From NCBI GenBank assembly GCA_964057225.1, contig OZ059897.1, positions 15,810,001-15,874,000 on the forward strand: 64,000 nt of DNA, written 5' to 3'. Position 1 is the first letter of the stretch. Each line of letters opens with the position of its first letter. A program made the translations under genes and the position numbers. The notes beneath the pieces were generated by a model, which was not told the origin of the DNA, made no database searches, and was given only the letters and a program-made list of their open reading frames with translations. Below are positions 14,866-26,838 of the stretch, piece by piece. The DNA comes from Auanema rhodensis. Lineage: Eukaryota; Animalia; Nematoda.

Positions 14866-17690
14866 TCATTGAGAAAATATGTAATTGAGAGATGAACGCG
14901 AATTCTGAAAGAATATCATTGAAAACTTCTTGATAAGAACCTTACTGTTTATATACATACATGCATTTCAATTTTAAAAGAAAATTAGTTGAATGTTACA
15001 AGTAAAATTTCAAATGAAAAATGCAGTTAGTTCCATGATGGTAGGAAAGAATCAGACATGCCAAAAAATTGGAAAAAAGTAAAATCAACACACATTCTCG
15101 ACCTTATTCCTGTCACAAATAGTTTTAACTAGAGTATGAACAAAAACCGTAACCCCATCAACAACTCGACTTTCACAATCAACATCTTTTTCCAGATTCT
15201 AAAATATGAAAAATTTTGAGAATTACTTCAAAACTGACCCTTTGAAGCTTCTTAGCGATATTGAGCAATTTAGGCAAATTTTTTGAATTAATACCATTAA
15301 GGCTGATAACTTTAAGACCATTATCAGTTAAATGTCTGGAATATCATCAAATAATATTTTGTCATTCAAGAAAAACTTACAATGCAGCAATACCTGAACG
15401 ATTATCAACTAATTTCGTTAAAACACCATATAAGAACACAAAAGGCATATTGAATTTACTACACTATAACCAAATATTGATCAAATTAATCAACTCAACT
15501 TTAACGCACCTCCTCGTCATCCAATTTTTGCGATCTTTTGCCAAGCTTTCCAATAAGCTTCGAAGAAAGATGCTCTGTGACAAATATAGTCATACGACCA
15601 AAAGCAAATTTCAGATCATTGTTAGCATCAATTCTATCCATTACCGATAGGAACCCAGCCACTAATTGAAACCTGAATGATAATCAAAAGTAAAAGATAT
15701 TTATATTTTCTCTTACCCTCCAGCTGGGCCCCGCCCTACAAACTTTGTTAAAAAAGTATTAAACAGTTCTTCAAGCTCATATTGAACTTTCCGAGGATTA
15801 CAAAAAATTCTGAAAGAATGTACACAGTGAATGTAATAAGGTAAATCAGAGTACTTGTACAAAATAAGTCCAATTAGCTCTGGCCATCTGAGACAAGAGC
15901 AATACATGAGCCGAAGCAGATGATGTGTAATTGTAACTACATTCTTGTCATCCTTTAAAGCATTAGTAGAAGTAGTTCTTAACACAACATTACTTACACT
16001 ATTAATCAAAACACTTTCCAATAATTGTCGTAATTTTTGAACCACATGATCATCTGATAGCTGTGAAAGTTCAGGATAGGAATATTTTCCAACGGAGGAG
16101 AATCCTCTTTTAACAACAATATCAGTTAAGGCAACGAGGGCAGAAACCTAACACAAATTCCATTAAACAAGCAGAAGCTATTGTACATACTTTCACATCA
16201 ATAGTGTCAATATCTAAACTATGGCGTAACATATGTACATAATTTTGAAAAAGGAAATCATCTAAAGTGCAGACAAGACCAACGAGGCTGCAACCAAGAA
16301 TTCTATGTTTAACATCTGTAGACACAGAAATATGTCCAATCTAAAAAAAAACAATATAAGGCATACAGAAAATATTCTGCATTTACCAGCTTGGTGAAAG
16401 CATTTCTCATCAAAGGATTCACTGATTCTACAGCAGCATAATGAAGAATACTGTTTAACATAATGCCAGCCCTATAGAATAGGTCATAATCGATCTCAAC
16501 ATTTTGATCAGCAACAGTATCCAAGGCATCAGTAGGAAAGTATTCAAAAATAGCATAGCATAGCCAAGAAGTGAACTCCTGAAAATTATCCTCTAGTCAG
16601 ATTATCAATAATTTGAAAACTTCTAAGTGTTCATGACCCCGTATAACATATTCTAACACTTCGTGAACCCCAAACTCAACAAAATCTGTTAACAATTTGA
16701 AAGAAGGTTCACTAATCATATAACACAAAGCATTCATCCATGTTTTCCTATAAAAACAAATTATTGTTGCAATTTGAAATCAAATGTAATATACCTTCCA
16801 ATTTCACATCCTAAATCTAAGCATCGTATTATGATACAAATTTGACGAACACAGAAAAACTTTTTCCGTGAGTTTTTACCCATATCACCTTTTTTGAGAA
16901 AACTAAAATCAGTATTAAAAACAAGATATAACTATATAAAAAACTTTTCAAGTAGAGTAGACAACGAGTTCAGATTAGGAACGATTCGTGAAAGTGCAAT
17001 ATCTCTAGGGCCTGCTTGGTGAGGCATCCGATATAAGTTAAAGACAAATTGTACAAGGCATCTTTGAACAAAAAGATCGTAAAATAAATCTTTTTCGTTT
17101 TTCCTAAATGAAAGTTTATAAATTTAAAGAACATAGTTACAAACGTGATAGCAACTTCAATACTGGCTTTATCATGAATACGATACATTTCCCGATATTC
17201 ATCATCGACATCCCTCAAAAATGAGATGAAATCTACTCCTTCTGTTCGATTTCCTATGGAGCATTCCATAAAATGGGAAAAGGCTACATTCATCTACATA
17301 ATATATGAGAACAAATATCTAAAAATGTAGGTACCACAACAACTGATGTTTCTTCTTGATCCAAAACATCCAAGAAATTCAGAAAAGCTGAAGGAAACGC
17401 AGGTAAATTTTTTTTCCTGCACAATGTTTTTCCAAAAGTAGACTTAAAATCCCATTCTTCAGATAAAGATTGGAGCCAGTTTGGTATCAGCTGTCTTGCT
17501 CCCAAACACCTCAAAGTAGCTGTAAAAAAATTTTTAAAAAGCATTTTGAATAAATCACTTACAATCTTCAGATTCGAAAATATATTTCAAAAAAGTAGAC
17601 AGTTGATCAGAAGCAAAAGAATCGATATGTACATTTCTGGCAATTCTTTCAGCCATTAACAGACGACCCTTTAATATCAGCATTAAAAAC

Positions 17691-17722
<32 letters not shown>

Positions 17723-18889
17723 ATACGGATATTGATGTCTCATCACATAAGTATTTCAAGCATTTATCAATATCTGATTTAGAAGATAATGGTACAAGAC
17801 TGATGGCAGTCTCTCTCACGGAAGACGATTCATCAGCGAGGGATCCGATAATCACTATTTAATAATATTACATATTGATAGAAAAAATAAAACAAACATG
17901 AATTTGCACTAACTAAGTTGCCTTTGGAATCATAAAATTGTTTACATGGAAGGGTAGATATGGCTTGTAGTGCAGCTGTTCGAACACTAGCATCCTATTA
18001 AAAAATATAATGATAGAAATACTTCAAAACATACTCTATCCAGCCGTCTCTGGCACAAAACAGAAGCCCACTGCAGAGCTAACGAAGACGGGATACAAGA
18101 ATCTTTATATTTTTGAGAGCTTATCACTAAAAACATTCCTTAAATTATGATTATAAAGAAAACACAACTTAAATCGGCAGCATCCGATTCTTCCTGCCGT
18201 ACTCGAAACATATATGATATTAAAAGACAAGTTCTAGCCCTGGCATATGAAAAAGCACTTCTATAAAACTGAAAAAAAGCTTATTAAAACGTGAACAAAA
18301 CAAAATTATACCCCATCCACTTCCTGACGAACAACACACATTGGTAGCTCACAATCATTAGCATGACAGCGTATAGCTATCTGAATACATATTTTCATAA
18401 TTTCATGTTTGTTAAAGAACTAAGTATCACTTTGGCTAAAAAATAAAAAAGGGCATCAACACCATTAGAGCTTGCTTCTTCGTGAGCTATCAACTTTCCT
18501 AAACCACTACTCATAGTTCTTAAAAGATCTTCCTGTGATTTCACATCAGACTTTAATTTTATTATTATTATTATTTAGAACATAACGAAAATTAACCTTC
18601 AGAAATATAGCCATTGCTTCCAAAATTTCGGAATCACCAAAAGTACAGTTATTTACTACGCCTTCTAATATTCTTCCAAGTGCCAAACTCCCATTATCTT
18701 GTTTATCTTCAATAATTAAAGTTATAATATAATATATATCTTATTTACCACATGAGCTTTGTTCAGAACTAACAAATTCGGAAAAAAAGCCGTCATCATC
18801 TGATTCCTATACTTGCATATTCATTTTATTAACTTAAATTTCCATAAACATACACAAAGACTATCATCAAAAATATCAACTTCCATCAT
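14866..18889 (-). CDS. capg-1: Condensin I HEAT subunit CAP-G (NCAPG/Ycg1 family); multi-exon
   Basis: ATG 18889 (MMEVDIFDDSL). HEAT segments ARARTCLLI, RRLDRDASVRTAALQAISTL, DESSSVRETAISLV and IARNVHIDSF...QLIPNWLQ align by eye with the NCAPG N-terminus, and LGCSLVGLVCTLDD...LRHSLDIDTIDVKV with the Cnd3 C-terminal domain. The last exon is uncertain (stop ~15086 by read-through, or 14866). Confidence 0.8.
17690..17720. repeat. (AAT)n microsatellite inside a capg-1 intron
   Basis: About 10 tandem AAT units visible directly. Confidence 0.95.
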
Positions 18890-19285
18890 CTTCCCACGAG
18901 TTATTGTGTTAATTACAAAGCCGTAGAAATATGTAAACGAAGCTAAATTCAAAATATGGCAAAATGCCAGACAGCCTATAGCAATTGATTAGATCAGATA
19001 ACGGATATTGTTATACCGCGAAGTTTGAATTTCTAGTTTGATCGCGTTAATTGCCAAGATAGTTACAAAACATACCTTAATCAACTTTCTTCTCTCTCTC
19101 TGCTGGTCAATTGATTTTTCTTTCTTTTAATTATATATTTATTTATCATGTCTTTAAGTGATTGTAGAAAACTACTATTCTATATTTATTCTAAATATTC
19201 ATTTGTAAGCGCAACACTGATATTGTATTCTGCACCGTTATATATTTTAATATTAAACTTCAAATTTTCTTTAGATTTTGTACAG
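18890..19285. promoter_or_regulatory. Short divergent (bidirectional) promoter region between capg-1 and gld-3, with E2F/CHR-like motifs
   Basis: ~400 bp between head-to-head ATGs; CCGCGAAGTTTGAA at 19016-19029 and TTCAAA at 18948-18953. Confidence 0.55.
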
Positions 19286-22200
19286 ATGGGGGAGGTGATA
19301 AACAGACGTAATCATGATGACAGAAGTCTCCGCTCTGTAGTTGCGGACAGAGGAAATAGTAATCCTGCTGCTAATTATGGACCATCCACCACTTTATTGA
19401 GAATTATGGACTCCAAGGAGTTTTTCTATCACCATGTTCAGCAAACAGACAAAGTTTTTTTCAATTTGTTCACCATTTTTATAATATTAAGCAATTCAGA
19501 TGCTAGATGATAGCAGAAGAAGATCTCGCTTATCTCGAGAACTGCAACGTCGTTCGGAAATGGAGCGTCTGAGACGGAAGGGAGTAAGCCTGGATCACAT
19601 CGTGCCTGTGAATACCTTATTTTTTATTTTAATTTGGGAATTATTGTTATAGACACCAGTACCTGTTGATCAGTTTCTTGTGACATTAACATTGCATGTA
19701 AATCAGACCGAACAAGAAGAACTAACAAATTGTATGGGGTGAGTTTTTAAATCAAAAAATAATGATAATTTACTTCTAGAAATAGATCTAATCTTGATGG
19801 TGTTGCTAAGATATCCGTGGAAACAAACACTATCATAAGAATACCAGACAGAGATGAAGTTGACCCATACTTAAAGTCACAAGTTGGTTTCTCAATCAGC
19901 TTTCGTTATTGGGTTTATATATTAAGGTGACAGTTACTGGGAAATTGGCAAATGTAGAACAAGCAAGATTACGAATTAGGGTATATCATAATACTTACTT
20001 CAAAGTAAATATATATTTTAGGAATGCGGGCTGATTGATGTTATGTTTCCTCTTATAAATGTTAGACCTGAAGTTCCTTTGGGATCACGTGAAAAAATTG
20101 TTCACTATTTACTTGATAAAGAGTTTTCCCGTTTTATTCCTGCTCATCTGCGCGTAATTATCATGGATAGGAACTGCTTATTTAAGGTTTGATTTGAAAA
20201 CTTTTCAAATCTATGTTGTATGTATTAATGTTTTGTTTTTAGCAGAGTTTCATTGTAAAAATTGTTGGTAGGACTACAGATGAGAAGATAATTAATGAAA
20301 CTATTCTCAGGTTACTTGACTTATTCTATACCCCTGAAATGGCCGCTCAGGTATATATGCAAATTAGATAATGTTTTTCATTCTTCTGTTCAATAGGTGC
20401 CTCTAGCCACACAAGTTGATATGCCGTCTTGTCATAGATTCATAGTTGTCGGCCATGGTGAGGCTATTAACAACAATTTGGTAATAAAAAATATAATATC
20501 TTATACAAGTTAATATTTAGTTGGCCATTGCCAAAATTACAAACACTAGCATTCTCTTTCCTGCTCCTTCTATTGGTGACAGCCCTGTATTTTCTTGTTT
20601 TATTCTTGGAAACCTTGATGTTCTCCAAAAGACAAGAATGTATCTTCAGGTAACCTTCATGTACTGTCCGTTTTATTCTTTATTTTAGGGATTATTGCCT
20701 GCCCAGCTTAGCTTCACAATATATGATAGTGATCTGAGCTATGAACGAGAAACTGACGTAAGAAATTTATTGTGAAGATTTGAATACTTTAATCTTTTTA
20801 CAGAGCACTTACAAGCATTTCGACCGTAACTCACAAGTCTTCCTTAGAGTGCAACCTTCTGAGTTGCAGCCTTTGGTTCGCCTTCCTAATGACCCCCTCA
20901 TAGTATATAGTTATTCATGTTACATGTTTATTTTTTCCGTTTTCAGCACTATTTTTGTTTGTCTACAAGAGAGTACAATGTCAATAGGATGTACTCTGTA
21001 GTGGATTTAACTGTTCGAGGAAGCGATTCATCCAAAATTCCTGTACCGCCGACTAATAGCATGTTCCATCAATTAATTCCGCTTTTGAGCGATCCTTCGC
21101 ATTTCTTAAATTTCAAGGTAGTAGCATATCAATATAAAATACTGATTTTCAACTTTAGAGTAGAGCAGATCCCAAAAATTTTCATATACCCCCCACCAGA
21201 CGAGAAATGCTGGCTACGGATAATCATCTCCGAAATGAAACACCGATACCAGTAGATCCTAGCAGCCGCATGCACGCTGTTGCAGAATCAGGTAAATTAT
21301 TCATTCCCAGTTTTATAATTTTGGTTAGCTGATTCGTGTTGTCTTTCACAAACTTCTTACGATGGTTGTTCTGGAAGACCGCGTTCTTCCGTTCAGAAAC
21401 TGGACGAAAACAGTTAGCCTAGTTTGATTTGCTTTCTTTCAACTCTTCCTTCAGTGTACCCAGTATATCCTCATAGAACTCGCGTTCAAAATAATGATTT
21501 AAGGTTCAATAATACTCCTTTTTACGGAAATAGTTTGTTATTCTGAATGTGAGGTTATAACTATTTATATTTTCAGAATCATTTCGTCCCTACAATAACG
21601 CCCGTTTACGAACAAATGATAAGCGAGTAAGATCTTTTCAGTTTTCTAATAAACGTGTTTTTTCTAAGCCACCATATGGGATTACAAAAGCTAACTTAAG
21701 ATATTCCCCATTTACCCCCAATAAGAGTGAACTTCCACTTAAACCTAAAATAAAAGAGGATAATGAAGTATATTATGCTTTAAATGGTGGTTGTGCGCGG
21801 AGAGTGTGAATTTCATTTTCAATATTTCTAGATAGTGAAATAAGCGGAATGAATCAAAGTATTGATGTCGACAGGTCTAAACGGTTTATAGTTCTAGAAT
21901 TTCTAGACAACTTGGTATGTTTTCAGTAGTCGTCCTATTACAGAGGAAAATGGTTATCGCTATGCCTCTCAGCCTTCACGTTTACAAGTATTTAACATCA
22001 AATTTATTTATGTTTATGAATCATATATTCAGCCTCGTCGTGAGCATCATTATGAAGAAAAAGTACAATTACGATATCGTGCTGCCGCTGTTGCTGCTGC
22101 ACCGTGTGAAGATGAGAACATCCCTAAAAAGTCTACAACAGAGAGCTCTGTGCAGTATACGGAACCTCCAATGTCTCCGTCAGGTGACACATCACGAAGG

Positions 22201-22564
22201 TAGCGATTATATGTGTGTTTCTTATGTTGCGATAATTTTTCAGAATGAATGTTATGGAACTTATAATGAAAGCAGCAGAAGAGCCTCAGTCAGCTGCAAG
22301 GAATCGTGAAATGAAGGAATCAGTAAGTATCTATATCGTGTTCCTCAGAAATGAATAAGTATAGAATGATGATGATCTTGAAGAGAAACAGCATCGAACT
22401 TACGCCGAGATCCTTGAGGGCAAGACCAATATGGATCGAACCTTTTTAAACGATCAGATATACTCTAGAGAGTAAGCTTTTTCTTAAAAACTTATTACTA
22501 TTGGGTAATAATTGGGAAAAAATATTTCTAATATAGGCCTTATGAACAATGGGACTACGTTTAG
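19286..22564 (+). CDS. gld-3: GLD-3-like Bicaudal-C family KH-domain RNA-binding protein; multi-exon
   Basis: MGE...LLRIMD N-terminus. Degenerate KH repeats (IRIPDR...SQVTVTGKLANVEQARLRIRE; HRFIVVGHG...IAKITNTSILFP), low-complexity C-terminus with no SAM domain; stop at 22562-22564 (EPYEQWDYV*). Confidence 0.75.
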
Positions 22565-23219
22565 CCCTGCACAAGAGTTCAGTTGTCTAACCCCAATGCC
22601 TTTGAATATATCTGAACATATAAATTCGCATTAATTCTAATAAGCTCAAGGATTCTCCCTTCTATTAAAACGGTCAAGAGGACTTTGCATACTTAAAATT
22701 ATTGTACGTTTCATTTTTTGTTTGCGTCACTTTTTCAAAATTCTAGTAGTCATCTTTCTTTCTAGATAATAGTTTTAGAAGTAAGCTCTTTGTACTCCCC
22801 GTAATTACACACGTCTTTGAATATTTTTTGACTTGTCCTCTTTTCTAACTCAAGGACCTTTTTCATTTTCCACATTATATATGCATGGTATAATTTTTCT
22901 AACCCAATCCGTTTTATATTTATTCCCACTTGTTCATCTCCATAAAATAAAAAAAATAAAAAAAATCGGAGGTATATTGATTGTGCTCTGTAAACATTAC
23001 TTGCATACATGTCGGGTTCATTCGTTTGTTACATAATTCCACCTCTTCTTTAGATTTTGTATCAATATATGGAAGTTGCGCCGTTGTGCGATTGGTGTCC
23101 AACTTTGTTTTATGTAACTGTATCAGGTTAATAAAAACTTGAACAATTTCTCGTATGTATTTTTCATTTCAACCAACATGATCAACAATCAACAATAAAA
23201 TATAACTATAAATACATTA

Positions 23220-23989
23220 TCAAACGTCCTCATTAGGTTTCAAAAATTTATGATTGCTTTCTTCGGCCCATGCCTTTTCCGCAGTTCGTTTTCGAATGGA
23301 TGTTTCATCAAAGTTAATTTTCTTTGTTTCATTGATCATTTCCTGCAAAAGTCATTATATTAATAATTTGATCCCAAATTTAAAAATAATAGGGAATACA
23401 ATGACATACTGATCTATCTGCCTTAGATGCAAATTTCTTTTTAAGGGCGGATGACGCATTTCTTCCCAGACTACAAATTCTAATAAATAAAAAGATTTTT
23501 AAAAAATTCAAACGTTTGAGCCATTTCTTCACTATCTACGTCCACGCCTTCTTCAGAGTCATCATCAGAATCTTCACCTCGTCTAATTCGTTCATAATAT
23601 AACATGAGCTTCTAAGACAATACTAATCATGTGAATATAATAATAAGATAATAGTCACCTCTACTTCTGGATTAAAGCCTTTAAAAGACATTCTACCGAA
23701 TTTCAAGTTTTCTAACACACTGATGTCCCTTACAATTTCAATACCACTGAAACAAAGAATAACAATAATCGTATAAGCAATGCCTACCCTGCTTCTTTCG
23801 TTGCAATATCATCACCAATATACGTTTTAACTAACTCGGCATCTTTTTTTTTCTGTTCACTCCGTTTTATTCTCTGCTTCGTTTTTTGCATAAACTATAA
23901 TATATTATGCTTCGAAAACTATGATTTAAACAGAAACTTACCTTCATATCTAAAACTTCTCTTGAAATTTTCTTTCTAGCATTATCCAT
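23220..23989 (-). CDS. M-phase phosphoprotein 6 (MPP6/MPHOSPH6), nuclear exosome cofactor; multi-exon
   Basis: MDNARKKISREVLDMKFMQK N-terminus, LKFGRMSFKGFNPEVEKLM family signature, C-terminal KFLKP. Confidence 0.92.
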
Positions 23990-24148
23990 GGTTACAAATA
24001 TGTTTAGATTTATTCGAATTATCAAATAGCAAGATCCAAATTACGTGATAGTTAGGTAGAAGTACCGGCTAACACAAGCTCGAAAATTATACAGGAAACA
24101 CCTACATAAAAAAAGTCGAAATTGCGTATTTTTTTATATACGTATACG

Positions 24149-24157
24149 TTTTCGCGG
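24149..24157. promoter_or_regulatory. E2F-type site TTTTCGCGG upstream of MPP6
   Basis: Matches TTTCGCGS ~160 bp upstream of the ATG; motif match only. Confidence 0.35.
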
Positions 24158-25282
24158 ACTACTCTGTTTATTAACACATTCTGGACGGCGTGACGGTCTG
24201 TAAATTAAACAATTAAAAAGTTAAAAAAGTTGATTTTACTTGTTACTTTCAATAATATGTAAATGAACAACACGGAAATGATCTAAAAAAGGGAAATAAA
24301 TCAAAACTAAGATAAAAGGATAAAAAAAACTGTCAAATTTTCTTACAATTTTTTTTCAGTTTTGAACGTACAGCATACTTTAAACTTAATTTATTTTTGC
24401 TTGAGAACTTACTGGGATTAGATATCAAGTTGAATGAAAGAAAAGATATCACTCTTCACATGCCTAAAATTTGAGTTATAGATCCTTTTTAATTATTAAA
24501 GTTATGCCCCCACCATCTTGCTTATATCATCTACAGAATAATAACATTTAATAAAAAAAAATTATTTTTCAATACACGAATGTCAACAAGACGTAAAACA
24601 ATTTGGACAATAAGGCTTTAAACATTCACTACACATCTTTCTTGTTTTCTTTGTTGATGCCGATGCTTCTTTTCTGTTCTTTCCTTCTCGCTCTTGTGCA
24701 TAACACCCAAAACAGCGCTTCCTACTGTCAGGCCTTTTTCCATGTTCACAAGAAGTGGTCGCGATGTACGTATATCTTTTCTAGCTTCTTAAATTGAATC
24801 AAAATCAGGAAGATCTTCTATAATTTTGATTTTGAAAGCCGTTATAGAGATTTTGGCATCGGTGAAGCTTGAAGCTGATAACTTCTACATCGATTCTGAG
24901 GATTCTGATTGGGAGGGAAATCTGTGTGGAGTTGTTTCCTGTGATGAAGATTAAATGGAAGAGGATGTACTGGAGTAATGTTAAATGAATATATGATTTA
25001 TTCTATTAAATTGTTTGTTCTCACTTTGTATATATTGGTATAAGAAAGATTTTGAACAGTTGTTTAAACTAGGAGGAAGCAATTGCGTGCTATTATTTAA
25101 ATCGGAATATTATGCATTCGGCCATTTTCTCGTTTGATGGTTTAAGATTGTTGAACTCTAACATTGGTATTGAAATATTGTTCTTTTTCTTTCTTTTAGT
25201 TAACAAAGTGAAATAAAATTTATTGTACTGATTCAATATATAGGTATAAAGGAATGCTTAGGTTCACAAATGAACTAGGAAT

Positions 25283-26229
25283 TTAAACATTTTCCACTGT
25301 TGTTTCACTATTGACAGTGGTTAGCTTGAGAAGACTTCCAGAGGAAGGACGAGATGAACCAGAAACCCAATTGTGGAATTGCTCAGCAATCCAGCTCATG
25401 CTTGTCCATCTTAAAGAAAAATTCTAATGATACTTATTGTGCATTTGGATCTTACGTTCCGAAATCAGCTTTTGGCATCCACTTTCTATTCATAGGAGTG
25501 TCAAGTGTGATAGGAAGAATAGCAAGTACAGTAGAATTCTTTGGTAGCCCTGAGCCTTCGGCAGCCAGAGACTTAACAAGTTGATGAACTGCTGCCTTGG
25601 CCATACCATATCCAATCATTCCTGGGGTACCACTGGTTGCCTAAAAAAATAATTACTAATGTTATATCTCTACGATCTTACAGCCGCAGCCCCAGTAAGT
25701 TGAAGAAGTCCTCCTTCTTTCAAATGTTTAGATGCTATACTAGCAGCAATAGAACTACTCCAAACTGACTGTTTCCACATCATACTACTGTTCTATAAAA
25801 CGAAGAGAAATTGTTGAACTCGTTATGTATGTTATTTATAGAAACCTTAATGAAATCACTGTTAGAAGCATCTCCCCCAGCCCATCCTCCGGCAACACAG
25901 AAAATTCCATCTACTGGCTCACTGACCGCGGCGGAAACTCTGAAAGTATTCCAATTAAGACTTTTATAATAATTATATACAAAATAGAATGTTAACAAAC
26001 TTTTCAAGAATATATTTTTCTTGTTCGATCCAATCAGCATTTGAATCAACTTGAATATTAACATCGGCCTGATCGTTGGCAGCAAGGTCAATACTTAGAG
26101 TCCACTAAAGTTGAATTTAAGAAAAGAATTGGTGAAAAGGCATACGAAGTTTTGTTTCTTGAAGAAATCTAGTATGGTAGAACCTAGAGCCCCCTTTCCT
26201 CCATAAATAATAACTTTGCCTGAAGACAT
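25283..26229 (-). CDS. qdpr-1: Quinoid dihydropteridine reductase (QDPR, SDR family); multi-exon
   Basis: [17 protein letters not shown] Rossmann motif, [37 protein letters not shown]; TTTCAG acceptor just upstream of the ATG. Confidence 0.96.
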
Positions 26230-26838
26230 GTTAGACCGGAATTACTTGCTGAAATAATGCTAAGCTAAGGATAAGAATAAAATCGGGAAAGTTTAGTGGA
26301 AGGAAAAAAATTCGAAGAAAAGAATGCCAGCTTATACACTCAGGAGATATAAACATGCCAGAAGAACCTTAATAGCTGCCCAAGATCGATGAATGGAGAA
26401 AGGGACAAGGCCGTAGCTCGGGTGTGCTAAATGGGGTAATACCTATGTCAATAAAAGAACTAGAACCTATTGGAAATACAATCAATAGCTGGTCCCTTTC
26501 TACTAATGATAAAATCAGTGAAAGAGATGACATTGAACTAGGAAAGATAGTCGATACCATTGAACCGCAATGAGTTATTTCTAGAGGCTATTACAAGGTA
26601 ATTAAATCAACGATTTTATAACAAAACTTGAAACTTCTGAAATTCTTAAGTATCACATTTATTTTTTACACTTTGACATGAGACAGGTAAACCTTGCTTT
26701 GCAAGAGTCTTGCAATCATGAATAGAAACTGATTTATGAAACTGTAGATTCAGCAAAGGGCACATTTTCGATTTCACGGCATTTTGAAACTAATTTGTAT
26801 TTCTTCTAGTTTAAAGTTTCTTAAGTTTAATTTATGAA

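Noticed and set aside
15261-15650. 129-aa plus-strand ORF
   Set aside because: Antisense to capg-1 exons.
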